Shown piece after piece: positions 24,518 to 37,430 of a stretch of 64,000 nt of DNA. The notes under the pieces were generated by a model, which saw only the letters and a program-made list of their open reading frames with translations, was not told the origin of the DNA and ran no database searches. Within the stretch, counting starts at the first letter, position 1. Every line of letters starts with the position of its first letter. A program made the translations under genes and the position numbers. The stretch is from contig MU054001.1 of NCBI GenBank assembly GCA_013239625.1, forward strand, positions 1,990,151 through 2,054,150, written 5' to 3'. Origin of the DNA: Lama guanicoe. Lineage: Eukaryota.

Positions 24518-27019
24518 ACAAATTTAATTAGTCTTCTATTGATGATCATTTGGGTTATTTTCAGGGTTTGTAACTAAAAGCAATAATATGATGACTATCC
24601 TATACATGTGCGATTACATATATATACAAGGATTGTTGGATAAATTCCCAGCAGTAAGATTGCTGGGCCACAAGGTAAAGGCATGTAAAGTTTGAGATGT
24701 TGCCAAATTGTCCTCTAAAGGGGTTTTTGTCAACTCATACTTCTAACATCCATGTGTAAGATCTACTTATTGTCTTATTTAATCCTTAAAAAAACTGCAG
24801 GAGTTATGTATTACTATACTCATTTTTCAGGTACAGTAACTGAGGGCTCAGGCAGGTTGGGTGACTTGTACAATAATGTTTATATGTGTGGGCAAAGTCC
24901 AAGGCTTAACTCCAGTTCTCTTGCACACGTGCACACACACACACACATCATGATCTTACAGAAAAATAGGAAGTACAATTCAAACAGCCCCCTTTTTTTT
25001 TCCTTCTGAAACATTTGGGAGTAATCTGCCAGCTTGACCCCACTCCCACAGAGGTGGTCCCTGAACAGCTTGGAATGTATTTCGCTGATTGACTATGAAA
25101 CAGTAATAACAAAAAATAAGCATAGTATAGTGAGTTTTTCATAAGATTAAATTTGTTCAATGTAAAGGATGGTACAATATGGCCTCCCAACTTCTGGTGT
25201 GCTCATATATTCTTTTTTTTTGTAATAGAATTATGGGTATGTTAGATCTGGTTAACTTTTACCCTTTTTGTTATGAAAATTATCGGCATTTACAAAAGCA
25301 GACTAGCGTATTGAACCCCCGTGTACTCAGCACCCAACTTCACAAATACCAACAAATGACCAAACTTGTTTTATCCAGTCTTCCTCTTGCTCCCCCATAC
25401 TCTGTTGGATAAATTTAAAACAAAGTGTAGACATTATATAATTTTATCCATAGAGACTTCAGTATGTTTCTTTGTAAGATTATTTTTTAAAAAGTAACAA
25501 ATATGGTTGTTCTAAATGCTAATTGATATGACTTTTTACAGTTAGTAATCAAATATTGGTCCCCTCAAAATTGTTTTTGGAGATATTACTGGTGCATGAA
25601 ATCCCCAAATCTGGGAATCACTATTGAACTCTGTTGCTGGAATGACCTTCCTCAGCGTCAGCCAGGATACTGTCACACCATGCCTCAGATTCTTGTTTTG
25701 GGGGAGGTTTTTTTTCTTTCATTTTTTTTCTTTTTTAAGGAAATTCAGACAATGAAGTTTAATATCCACAGGTAATTTAAGTCTGGCAAAATACAGAGAT
25801 CATTGAAACAGATACTTTAATTGAATATGACTTTTATTAAGTTATACAAATCTTCCAAGTGATCATAAATCAGTTCTCATTACAGGTACATAAAGCAATT
25901 TTAAAAAGTCACACAAATTACACATTTAAGGTTACAGTGTTTAATGTTTGTCAGAAGTCTTCAAAATGGGGCTGACATTGGGTTTTCTGAGACCTGAAAC
26001 CAACGCAATTTGGGGACTCTCTTTAACATAAACAATACAAAGTTAGGAATACAACGTAACATTTGAAACTGAATATATTTTTAGTATGAAAAAGAACTCA
26101 CTACAAATTACAAGTCAAAAAACTGACACATACCACAAACATCATGAAATCCTGAAAAATAACATAACATTTTCATTAATGAACTGACTGAACCACCTCT
26201 GTCACATTTTCCCCCTTAAATTCTTTGTCTGCGTGTACTTTGATCACCTCTCCATACAACAAGGTTTTTATAATATCAGTTTCAAGAGACAGAATCAAGA
26301 TAATTCAGTTTCTCCTCTAGGATGATTGTTTGAAATTCTGTTTTATTACTGATGGTGAGTGACTACATATTGATGGTGTATAGACTTGCTGTTTGTCGTA
26401 CTGCTTTGGGTTTGTGTGCTTGTCTGATAAGCTCTGTTCCTCGAGATGCACAAAGGTGCATTTGTCACTGTAGCTCTGCACTCTTGCATATACACCCAGT
26501 GGGAGAGAACTTCCGTTGTGATTAGGCACCAGTGGGAACTAAACTTCTGCTTACGAGTTTACGTATCAGATGTTGGGAGAATTTTTAAAGACTAGCTTCT
26601 AGTTCTATATATTTAACACTTTGTTAAACCCCCCCCCAGAGTTCCAGACCTGGACTCTGTAGAACTTATTTTCCCACTGGACTGCTGGCTACGCATCGTT
26701 GGGTCACAGTGCTGGGTGGTGAGCTGCAGAAGCATTCCTGGAAGCCATTCCCACACAGGGACAGCTAGTCACGGAAGCGACTGTGATTCACATAAATATA
26801 CCCTGGACTAGATGTATCCCCAAGATAACTTCCTCTTAGCCAGCTCTCCAAAACCTATAGCCTCTCTAAAGACCCAGCATGGAGGGAAATGCGATGGAGA
26901 AGTCAGAATAGAAAGAAAAGCAGTCTTAATTGATTGTGGCTAAAATATCTTACTTTTTCAGATTACACCAAAACCTGTGACTTTCTGATTACATTGTCAG
27001 AGCTTCATTAACTTCATGG

Positions 27020-27490
27020 TTAAGTTTGACTCTGCTCTTGACTGCCTCTCTGATCTCACTTCCCACAACTTTCCCATCATTCATTCTGTTCCAGGCACAT
27101 TGACCTACTTCTCGTTCCTCGAGAGTGTCAGGCACTCTCTGCCTCAGGGCCTTTGCATTCGCTGTTCATTTTGCCTCAAACACTTTCCCCACGCATCCAC
27201 ACATAGCTTGCGCCCTCACCTCCTTCAGCTTTCTGCTCAAATGTCAGCTTCTCATCAGTCAGTATAAAATAGCACTCCTACCCTGTACCTTCCTTTATTT
27301 TTCTTGGTAACATCACCCTTGACGTGGAATATATTCACTGATTTGTTTATTGTATTGTCTCCTGTTTATTAGAGTGTAACGTCATGAGAGCAGGGACTTT
27401 GTTGTTGCTGTTGTTCGCTGCTGTGTCCCAGCACCTAGAATAGTGCTGATCCCAAGTAATTGCTCAGTAACTATCTGTTGAATAAATGTA
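27020..27490 (+). mobile_element. L2 3' end
   Basis: gcctcagggcctttgcattcgctgtt...catgagagcagggactttg...gtcccagcacctagaatagtgc...tgttgaataaatg. Confidence 0.85.
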
Positions 27491-27979
27491 GTGTAACTGG
27501 AAACCACTGAAGAATTTTACACAGAAGAGATGTGGGTCTGCCAGAAGAAATTAACCTCTCAAACTTACTTTCTCCCAAAACGTCTTTCCACAATATTCCT
27601 TGAATTATAATCACCTGTCAGTCTAATTTTCTATACTAGATTGTAGAGGACAGGGAGTATGTTTAATTCATCAACACACCTCTACTACATGTATTTCAGG
27701 TTAATACTGGCAGAATTAAGTGGAATTTACTGTTTCTTTGCACAAGAATTCTTGAACTGGCTCTGTTTGGTTTTCTCAACTAACTAGATTATAAGCTGTC
27801 TCTGAGTAGGGGAAATTTCCCTGGCCATTTATATCCTCTCAGCAGCTCTTAGCAACCAGTACATTGTGCTTCTTAAATAGAGTTCAACCTCTCTGGGAAT
27901 CTGTCTGTGTAATTTCTGTGCTTAGTGTCTCCCAGTTCTCCATTATAAAGGATTCCCAAGCAAAATTCCAGTACCTATT

Positions 27980-28505
27980 GGGATACTTTCAGTTACTACT
28001 AATCAACACAATTAAAAGCAGCTTAAACAAGTGAGGGTTTATTATCTCAGATGGTCCAGGGGCTGGAGGTAGGGTGGCTTCAGGAATGTTTGAATCTGTG
28101 CCTTAACTACATTTTCAGCTCTGCCATTCCACTTAGTCTCCTCATGGTCACAAGATGGCTACAGTGGTTCCAAGTATCACATTCTTACACGGTGATATCC
28201 AGGGGCAGGAGAAGGAGCTCCTCCTTCTCAGATATTTCTTAAATGAAAGGAATAACTTTCCCTGGAGCTGTGCTGTGCATTTTCTTTCACTTCTTATTGG
28301 CTGGAATTGCAAGCCCTTGCCTAAGCCAGCTTGATTAGGGAAATAGAATCATTCTGATTGGCTTCTGTTAATCGAGAGTCACCTCCCCTGGGACTGCGGA
28401 GGGCCTCCGTCCTCAGTGTAGAGCCACACAGAGCTTGGCACGCTAACAGCCAGGAAAGGCGGGGCGGGAATGGATTTGGCTTAGCATCCATAGTGTCTGC
28501 TACAT
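27980..28505 (-). mobile_element. Old MaLR MLT1 LTR
   Basis: gcttaaacaa...tttattatctca...ctcatggtcacaagatggct...cacttcttattggctggaattg. Confidence 0.65.
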
Positions 28506-28823
28506 CTTCCACTTGCTAGTCCCCCAACCTGGCTTAGTCCAAAGGTCTTAAAAATTGGACGTCTATGATACCTCTTTCATCCAAAAACCAGGGCCATGCC
28601 GTTTTTCCAAATCAATCTCCTAAGTGAAAAACTAAACTGAACTAAATATCAAGCATATGATTTATTTAGTTTTTAAAAAGAAACCAACCCAGGGTAATTA
28701 TTGATGAAACTGAATTAAAACTGAACAGTGAGCAAGTTTCTTATTCTCTCGGTGCCTCAGTTTCCTCGTCTATGAGATGGAGATAGTTAAGGAGTTGAGG
28801 TAGAGACTAAATCAATTATTATG

Positions 28824-29456
28824 CAGGCAATTCTTATCTTTCCTAGATTCTGCATTTGCAAATTTGCCTACTTACTAAGTTTATTTGGAAGCTCAATAAC
28901 AATACTTGTGGCAATTTTGTGGCCCTTCATGGACATGTAGGGAAAAACATAAACTAGGTTGAACAAGGCAACACTGCCTCCTTATTTCTGCTCTCATGCG
29001 CTAAAGAAGTGTTCTTTTCATGGTCTGTTCAGTGCCATGTTTTTGGTTTTTTTTCCCTGAGCATTTCTGTTCTTTTTGTTGGTTTTCTCTGTTTAAAATG
29101 GCCCTCAGGCATAGGGCTGAAGTGCTGTCTAGTGTTTCTAAGCACAAGGACACTGGGATGGGCCTTATGGAGAAAATACTTGTGTTAGAAAAGCTTCATT
29201 CAGGCATGAGATATGGTGTTGTTGGCCATGAGCTCAATGGAAATGATTGAAGGATATATGTTAAATAAAGTGTCTTTAAACACAAACACACATAAAACAA
29301 GGTTCTGTATCCCATCAATTGACAATAAATGTGAGCAGAGGCTCACAGAAATCTAACCCTGTATTTTCCCTAGACTCTATGGCTGGGTATCTGTTAATTC
29401 TGTGTTCGTGGGGAGTTTATAGATCATGACTACCATGAATATTATGAATCAACCAT
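28824..29456 (+). mobile_element. TcMar-Tigger element (MER82-like) nested in a MIR
   Basis: gattctgcatttgcaaatttgcctacttactaag...gctgaagtgctgtctagtgtttctaagcacaag...gaaaagcttcattcaggcatgag. Confidence 0.75.
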
Positions 29457-31181
29457 ATTTAAACTGTTTAGGATAGCTTCTGTCATGTAGTAAAAACTAT
29501 GTATTTGTTAGTTTTAATGTTAACTAATATAATATTCTCTAAACTAGAACAATATTCGAGCCTTAGAACCTTCCCCGAAGTATGAATTAGGTCTATATGT
29601 CATTCCATTTAATTTATGTCCCTGTCAAAGTAAATAAACAAACACAACACACACACATGCACAGCTGGTTTTACAGCGAGAGAGCTAGGGGTGGAAGGAT
29701 TCAATATCACTCAAAGCCCACAAGGGTGACAACTGCAAAGCCACAAAGGACAAGAGGCAAGAGGCACTAAACTTCAAAAGCTGCAGAATTCCAGTTTCAT
29801 AGCATGGCCACTGGTGAAGGAGCGGGATGCTGTCTCCACTAACAGGAACCCTCGGCTTAGGTCTGGTGTTTACCTATCAGGTCAGGATGTCTCAGCCCCA
29901 GCTGAGAGCAGAGGAACTCAGACCCCAGCATCTGCTGCAGGAGGGTGGCCAGGCTCACTCCAGCTTCATCTGAGAGCAGTATTTCTAGGCACTCGTTAGC
30001 TTCCTCTCAACCTCTTTCTTCTTCTTTGTGAGTCTGGGAATTAAAACTGATGCTCTATTTGAACGTCATCTATGGTAAATGAAAAGGGTAGAAGAAATTC
30101 CAAGCCAGGCTTTAGGGGAAAGGAGTGGATGATTCCGTTACCTATACTCTTAGCTTTTAGTATTACTATGACACAACAGTTTCAAATCTATGTATAGAGC
30201 AGCCTATTCAAAGCCATTTAGAATATAGGATAACAATGCCAAAATAATTTCAGTGTAAGTCTTTGATCTCCTCATTATAATGCCATTACCATACCATTAT
30301 TAGCTGAGATTACAATGACAAATCAATTTTAATTGAAGTCTTTGGAGATGCCATTTATAATGCTATTATCATGTGAATTTGCAATGGAAAAGTTACTTGA
30401 GCAAGCTTGTTGAAACAGCACTATAATGCCACTATAATGGAAAATTTTGATGGTGAAATTATCCCAAGTCCATAGAGACTGATGATTATCGTATAAAACA
30501 ACAGATCATGAAAATGACGCCCCCCCTCCCCAAAGCTCCCAGTAATAAATCATGCTATGGATAGTATCTACTGATCAAAGAATATCTTTGTCATAGAATG
30601 AGTTCACAAAAATCATAGAAGCCTGAAGCAGATAAAAGGCTTTCATTTTACAGATGAGAAACCAGAAACACAGGGAGGAGATGTGACTTGCCCAAGGTCA
30701 TTCAGTGAGTGCCAGAGCCTGGACTTAACCCCATGTCTCTGACTCTTAGTCTTCAGGTCTTTGACTCCTTGAAAAGACTTCAGTGCCCCTGATTCCACAA
30801 TGCCTTTCAAGGATAGGACTCCAGGAAAACAGACAGATGGCAAGATTAGCATTAGGCTAGAACCAGAGAAAGAGTTCCAGACTGTGGGGGTGTTGTGAGA
30901 TACTCACTTCGGATTAGATGATACCTGTAGAATTTTTAATAGATGATGCTTCCAGGACTTACAGCGTCAGGAAGTTTCCCACACAGAAGCTGAGATTTCC
31001 TCCTGGTTCTCCTGGTTTCCTTTGAGAGAAAGCTTCTTTCCTGGAAGAGAAAGTTAAACTCTTCTAGCTTTGAGTGGATAAATATAGAGAGGAAAAAAGA
31101 TCACAATGTACCAAGGAGTTGCTTAATTCAGGTAACCAAGGACTTGATAACATAAAAATTAGACTAGTTTGATTGAGGAAG

Positions 31182-31347
31182 TTTTTTTTTTTTAAAGGAT
31201 GTGGTTTTATTTATTTATTTTTAGACATTTTTTGGGGTGGGAGGAGGTAATTAGGTTTATTTATTTATTTTTAATGGAGGTACTGAGGATTAACCCAGGA
31301 CCTTGTGCATGCTAAACACACTCTACCACTGAGCTATACCCTCCCCT
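31182..31347 (-). mobile_element. tRNA-derived SINE (Vic-1-like)
   Basis: ggaggtactgaggattaacccaggaccttgtgcatgc...ctctaccactgagctataccctcccc. Confidence 0.9.
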
Positions 31348-33825
31348 AACCAGGAGGATATTCAGTTTAATCACCCTGGGAAGCCACTGCCTCAAACTGG
31401 CTTCTTGTCAGAAGGCCTTTCATCCCCATATCATGTCTTGTATTGGTTCCCTTCTTTATCTTAGTTTGTCCAAGCTTAGTTCCCTTCATTCCCTGGTCAT
31501 GGCACCCCTCTCTTCTTATGTTTTCCCTTCCACCCTGGCCCACTCTTTGGTGGAAGGGGCAGGACAGTGCAGAGCGAATGGATTCTTTTGCCTACGTCCA
31601 TCTCTTCCTTGGACTGTTCTACTGCGAGCCAGACCTTCTGGCCCATTTGCTGTGAATGCATTCATTCCTTAGAGTGAGCAGCTAACACTTTTGGAGGGCG
31701 TGCACATGCCAGGTACGGTGCTAATGACTTTATTTAGCAAGTCTAGCAGTCAGTATTACAACATAAGAACCTGGAGTCTAGCGGAGCCATTTATCCCAAA
31801 TCACGCATGCAACTGAAATAGGACCTTGGACTGCTGGATCCCAGAGCCTAACCTTTTAACTCTTTAGTGTCGTAGAAGCAATTTAGTCAGCATAGTGGCT
31901 GAGCAAACAGTTTCTGGAGTCATACAACTGGGTTCACATCGTGGCTCTGCCCCTTACTAGCTCTGTTACATTGAGCAAGATATTTAACTTCCACGTGCCT
32001 CAGTTTCCTCATTTTAGACATGAGGTTAATAATAATTTAGCTCAGCGTGTTATTGTAGAGGGATTATAGGTACTGCATTTAGACTGATGCCAGATGTGCA
32101 GACACTGTAAATCTGTAAGTGACAGCTTTTTACTGCTTCTTCCCTTTTCAATGACAGACCAGGTTCTCCAGATCCTGTCAATTTTGGGTAAGGTGTGCGG
32201 GGAGACACAGTAAGCTGGAGGCTTTACATGAACGGTCTCTCCCACGCCAAGCGTGGAGGTATAGTTTGGATTTAGGAGCACAATTCAAGGAGCAAAGCTG
32301 GACCTTAGGGGAGGCTGCTAGCTGCTTTTGGCATGTAGTCGCCAATCTTGAAGCGGCAGGATCTGAGAGGGAGAAATCAGTGACCATCCTCAAGTGGGCT
32401 GAAAAATCAGTTTCATACAGTCAAGGCCAAAATGTTCGTGTGCATTCCTGGCTGTGGGAAAAGCAGTGTAACTCATTATCCTTGGAGGGGGTGGCAGTTG
32501 GTTAAGCTTTAGGCAATCTCAGTAAAATTCCTTCGGCTTGTGTCCAGCAGGCCACAGGCTGAACAATGGCTCAGGAATGTCAGAATTCTGAGTTCTCATC
32601 CTGGCTCCGCTACTGGTCTGTTCTGTGATCAGAGGCCCTTAATCCCCTCCATGCCTCTACCTTGCTCCTGCCAAATACCAGAGGTATCCCTGGGTGATCT
32701 GGAGGGATAACCAATAAAAAGGATTAGGGACAAGAACTACCATCCAGATTGTTAATCAAAGTGGCATTTTGTACTCAATTATTTGCATCAAAACCCTTTA
32801 TAATCTCCGTTTGTCATCCCCCACCCTCTCTTTTTTAATTCTTGGTCTTTTCTCTCTATCCCCCATGGAGAAGTAAAACATGATATATATGGGACAGTAT
32901 CTTGAGTGAAATGACAATCTGGAGCAAGGTGGATTGGCCGCGCTGTGACATTTCAAGCAGTCGCTGTCCAAGGGAGAAATTCACCTGAGTGATGCCCCCA
33001 GCCCAGCAAACAAAGAAGCAATAGAGAAAATGCCACAGCAGCTCTGGGTCCCTCAAGGTGACTTGAGTGTTGCTGTCTGTGTAGGTTGGCCAGTGCCCGA
33101 GCAAAGGTAATGCAGAGATTCTGAATGCCGAGAAAAATAATAAAATTGTCAGTGTGTTGGAAATCAAAATAACTCCACCAGCACAAATAATGAACACAAC
33201 ACTGATTGAAATAAATGATGTCCTTTGCTTTAGAAATGTTATTTTGAATAACTGATATGGTACGTTGTTGGGCTACGGTTTCAAATGCATTTGATTATAC
33301 ATTTTCCTGTTTCCCCCCTCAAACAGTCTTTTCTCAAATCGGTATAAATCGCTGTACATCGTCCTCGTAGCAGGCATGTCTTGATCTTTAGCTGCCATGA
33401 CAACAGGATACAAGAGAAATGCATTTTCATAACAATTGCTGGCAATGTTTAGTATCACTGTTACTTTGTGTCAGGGAACGGCTGGCTCTGGGAAGAAAAC
33501 AGCATTGTTTTCTTTAACTTAAAAGCTTTTGTTGGAATAATTGAAAAAATAGGTGGAGAAATTGTTGTTTAGGGGAAGAGTAGGAAGATGGAAGTAAACA
33601 CTGCGGTAGTGGGTGAGGGGAGAGAGAGAGAGAACAGGAGAGAGAGGTATTTTTGCTTGGAAAGAGGGCTACACCAGTGGGAATGTAGTGTGAAGCTACC
33701 TAGAAAGTATGTAATTGGGTAATCAGATCAGCAAATTGAGTCAAATGATGTGATTTTAAGTGATGCAATCCGTTTTCACAAACTAGGAGAAATAAGTATA
33801 TATTTTTTTCTCTTGCCCATTAAAC

Positions 33826-33998
33826 ATTTTTTGGGGGGGTGTGATGGTGATAATTAGGTTTATTTATTTGATTTGCATTCTTTTTTTATTGAAGTTTGTT
33901 TGTTTATTTATTTATTTATTTTAACAGAGGTACTGGTGATTGAACCCAGGACCTTGTGCATGCCAGGCATGCACTCTACCACTGAACTATAACCTCTC
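33826..33998 (-). mobile_element. tRNA-derived SINE (Vic-1-like)
   Basis: gaggtactggtgattgaacccaggaccttgtgcatgccaggcatgcactctaccactgaactataacc. Confidence 0.9.
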
Positions 33999-34669
33999 CA
34001 CTGCTGTCCATTTGTTTTAACCCAAACCTTCCAAAATAGCCCAGAGAGAGCAAATCTGAGGGATTTTAGAAAAATCACACATTTTGGGGAGACAACATAC
34101 ATTTAAAAAAATTCCAGGCAAACATGTGCTCCAGAAAAAAAGGCAGTGGAGGGGGTGCTTTTTTCTCCTAGGTCTCTGAAATCCATGATGTTTCATGTCT
34201 AGTGGCACCATGGTATAAGAGGGGCTGTGCAGCCTGGGGGTCAAGGGAGTAAGTAGACCCCCATGGCAGACAGAACTGTGTTTACACCCTGGCTCTGCTC
34301 TATCCCCCATTGGAGAGGTTATTTCATTCCTGTCCATCTCAGTTTCTTTATTTTAAAATTAGGGTTAATAAGCTCATTGGGTTTGGGGAGTGGAAATGAG
34401 ATGAGAAATGAAAAGGACTTATCAAAAGACTTGCCACGTAGTGAATGTTCAAAATATGGCAGCCATCACCAGACTCGCTGCAGGATCATTTGACCAATAA
34501 AGAAAATCTGGGTGACTGTTATTTACTACATCAAGCTCTTAATGTCCCTTAATATTTATTTTCAGAGTTATTCGAGGAATTAGATAATTCTCAGATCACT
34601 GATGTCTTACAGTACTTGGATCAGTCATGGTCCTGGCAAAAACCAGAATTTTCTCTAAAGGGGCTTGCT

Positions 34670-34820
34670 TTTAAATTTTATCTTAAAAATTTTTTTGGGG
34701 GGGTTAGTTAATTAGGTGTATTTATTTATTGAATTAAAAAAAAGGAGGTACTGAGGACTGAACCCAGGACCTTGTGCATACTAAGCATGCACTCTACCAC
34801 TGAGCTATGCCCTCCCCCCG
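34670..34820 (-). mobile_element. tRNA-derived SINE (Vic-1-like) within an LTR fossil
   Basis: ggaggtactgaggactgaacccaggaccttgtgcatactaagcatgcactctaccactgagctatgccctcccc. Confidence 0.9.
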
Positions 34821-36269
34821 CCAAAGGGATTTAACTGAAGGGAGTTCAACAAAGGGAGTGTGGGCAGAGTTAAGGGACCAGTAAAGAATATCGGGGCCTT
34901 TAGGAAGGCTAAAGAGGCAAGAGGAAGAAAGAAAATGACTAGAATCAGGGAGAGTCAGAGCCAGAGGAGAGGCAGCTACTGCCAGAGGCACAGCTTTGCA
35001 GCATGGGAAACGGGAAAGAAACACCCTGAATTTTTCTCCTCTCACCATCTGATCTCCTGTGGGAAGTGCTCATTGGCTGCCTCTCACTGGAGGCCAGAGG
35101 GCAAGGGATTGGGGTGATGCTTAGGTCCCATGCCTCCCCCTCTCCCTCATCACCGCTGTCCTGGGGTATGGAGAAGGAACTGGACCTTTTGGTTTAGGAA
35201 ATCATCAAGAACTACCTTCCTATGAAGACTGTACCCAACATCAGAGGTCTATCCCCCAAGGAAATTGCAGAGCTTTTAAAAAAGAGGGAAAGGACACTGA
35301 GCAGCCTCCAAATTACGAACATCTGTTACGGGCATTATTATAACTATTCTTACAGTAGTTAACATTTGTGCACTCTAAATTCTGTAGAGAAGCAGAAAAG
35401 AAGGGATAATGTCAGGACTGAAATAGTCAGGAAAAGCTTCGTGGAAAGATGCTGCCTGAGATCTGGGTCCTGAGGCTTGAGCTGGGTTTGTAGGGCAGAG
35501 AGAGGAGATGAAGTTATCTTAGTCAAAAAATACGGTCATCAAGGACTTGGGGGGAGAGGAGCATATGTGTCTTAAGGATTTTGGCCAGAATACACATCCT
35601 TTGGGTCTTTATCTTTTCTTTCGGAGCCTCCTGGAACACTCTTTTTTTCCCAGAGGTGGTAAAAATAACATCGAGTGTTTGAAATGTATTTTTTTTTTCT
35701 TTTCTCCTTTTGCATACCTCCTCATGGCATTCAGAAATGGACAGAGACGTGAAGAGATATAAGGATTAAGGAAGAAACTTCTTTGCTATCAGGGCTTTTC
35801 AAAAATCAAAATGATAAAAGGAAGAGAAAATTCGATTGACTGATATACCTGTCCTGATATGTTGGTTTCTATTTCCTCTACAAAAGAGATGGTCTAAGAT
35901 TGCATGGCATTGAGCTTTAAGCGACAAACAGAATTAAGAATCAGACAGATACATACCCTGGAAACTGAAGTGCCTTTTCATGAGTAACAGAACATCGCTG
36001 CATTTTGGAACCATTCACATCATTAAGAGAAAATATTAGAAAGGCAGTATGCTACATTAGGCCTAGAGTTTGCCCAACTTTAGTCATTCAAACACCACCT
36101 TTGAGATTTTTGCAATATCCACATACCACTAATAGTATTATTTTCTTAAAATATTTAAGAAAGTCAACCAACTTTTCTTCTTTGGCAATGACATCCACTG
36201 TGGTTTTGATATTACTATACATTTATCTATGCCTTAAAATAAACGTTTAATGTTTGTTAAGAAATATAT

Positions 36270-36600
36270 TTTTAAAATATAACATGAATATTTAAAAACT
36301 GTGCAAATCATACACGTAGAGCCTGATAAATTTTTACCAAGTGAATACACCCATGTAACCAGCACCAGACCGAGTAATAGAACAGACCAACACCCCAGAA
36401 GCCTCTCTTACACCCCTTACAGTCAATATGCTCTTCTGAAAGAAAGTATTTTTCTAATTCTATCAAATCAATCAATTTCAACTGTGTTCCGAACTTTACA
36501 TAAATGGAACCCTACTGGATGTACTCACTTGGGTCTAACTCTTATTCGGTATCATATTTAACCATGTTGTGTGTAGTAGCTGTCTTTCCTTGCAGCATAA
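36270..36600 (-). mobile_element. Old L1M 3' end fragment
   Basis: aagtgaatacacccatgtaaccagcacc...caccccagaagcctc...gaactttacataaatggaa. Confidence 0.75.
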
Positions 36601-36604
36601 TGTT

Positions 36605-37430
36605 TGTGATGGACACAGACGTATAGCAGTCAGATCTCTCTTGAAGGAAGCACTTTTTTGCTGGGAATGCTGTCCATGAATGACAGCCTTCTGCTCTCAG
36701 CTTCTTCAGGGGTTGCCTCAGCTGCAGATGCCTGTTCACCCAATGGCATGCCAGTTCTGCAGAGGTCAACATTCAATGACTGATCATGGCAGGATATAAA
36801 GACCCAGCTGCTTCGGCACACCCTGCAGTCATTCTGATTACGTACTGTGTGTTGGCTGGGCTTCAGTGAGCCTGTAGGCTCACTGTATTATCAGTGCATT
36901 GTAGTTCAACTTCTCCCTTTGTCTCCTCCCCTTCCTTCCACAGGGGTTTATCCCTAATGAATACTCTGTATGTCAAAGTCCGTTTCAGCATATGCTTCCA
37001 GAAAACCCAACCGCAACAGTCAGTCCTGGGAGTGGTCTGACAAGACAGGCAATATAATGCTCAGATCCTCCTTTCAGAGAAGGATTTATTTCCCCAGCTC
37101 CTGGGAGTACCGTTAGCAGACAACCTGTAATTCTCAGCTCCTTCAGCAGCAGAGAGCCACCTTGCCTTTTCTAGGAAAGCCCACACCCAATGACAGATCA
37201 CGGCAGGAGTATAAAGCATTTCAGCCCACTGTGGGATGACTCTGATGGAACATAACGTGCCAGAGCTCCCCACACTGCTGGCGCAGGCTCTGATGGGGCT
37301 GCACTGCTGTTTAGCTTCCTTCTCTGCCCCTTCTCTGTTTACCTTCCTTCTCTGCCCCTTCTCTGTTTACCTTCCTTCTCTTGCTTCTGTCCTCTTTCTT
37401 CCACAGGTGTTGATCCCTAGAGTTCTTTGA
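36605..37430 (+). mobile_element. Two tandem LTR16-like ERVL LTRs (~36605-37018 and ~37055-37430) separated by a PBS-like spacer
   Basis: Both units share cagatc..ctt...cagctcttcag...cagctgcaga...tataaag...ttccacagg..ttgatccct; the first ends gaaaacccaaccgcaaca, followed by gtcagtcctgggagtggtctga. Confidence 0.7.
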
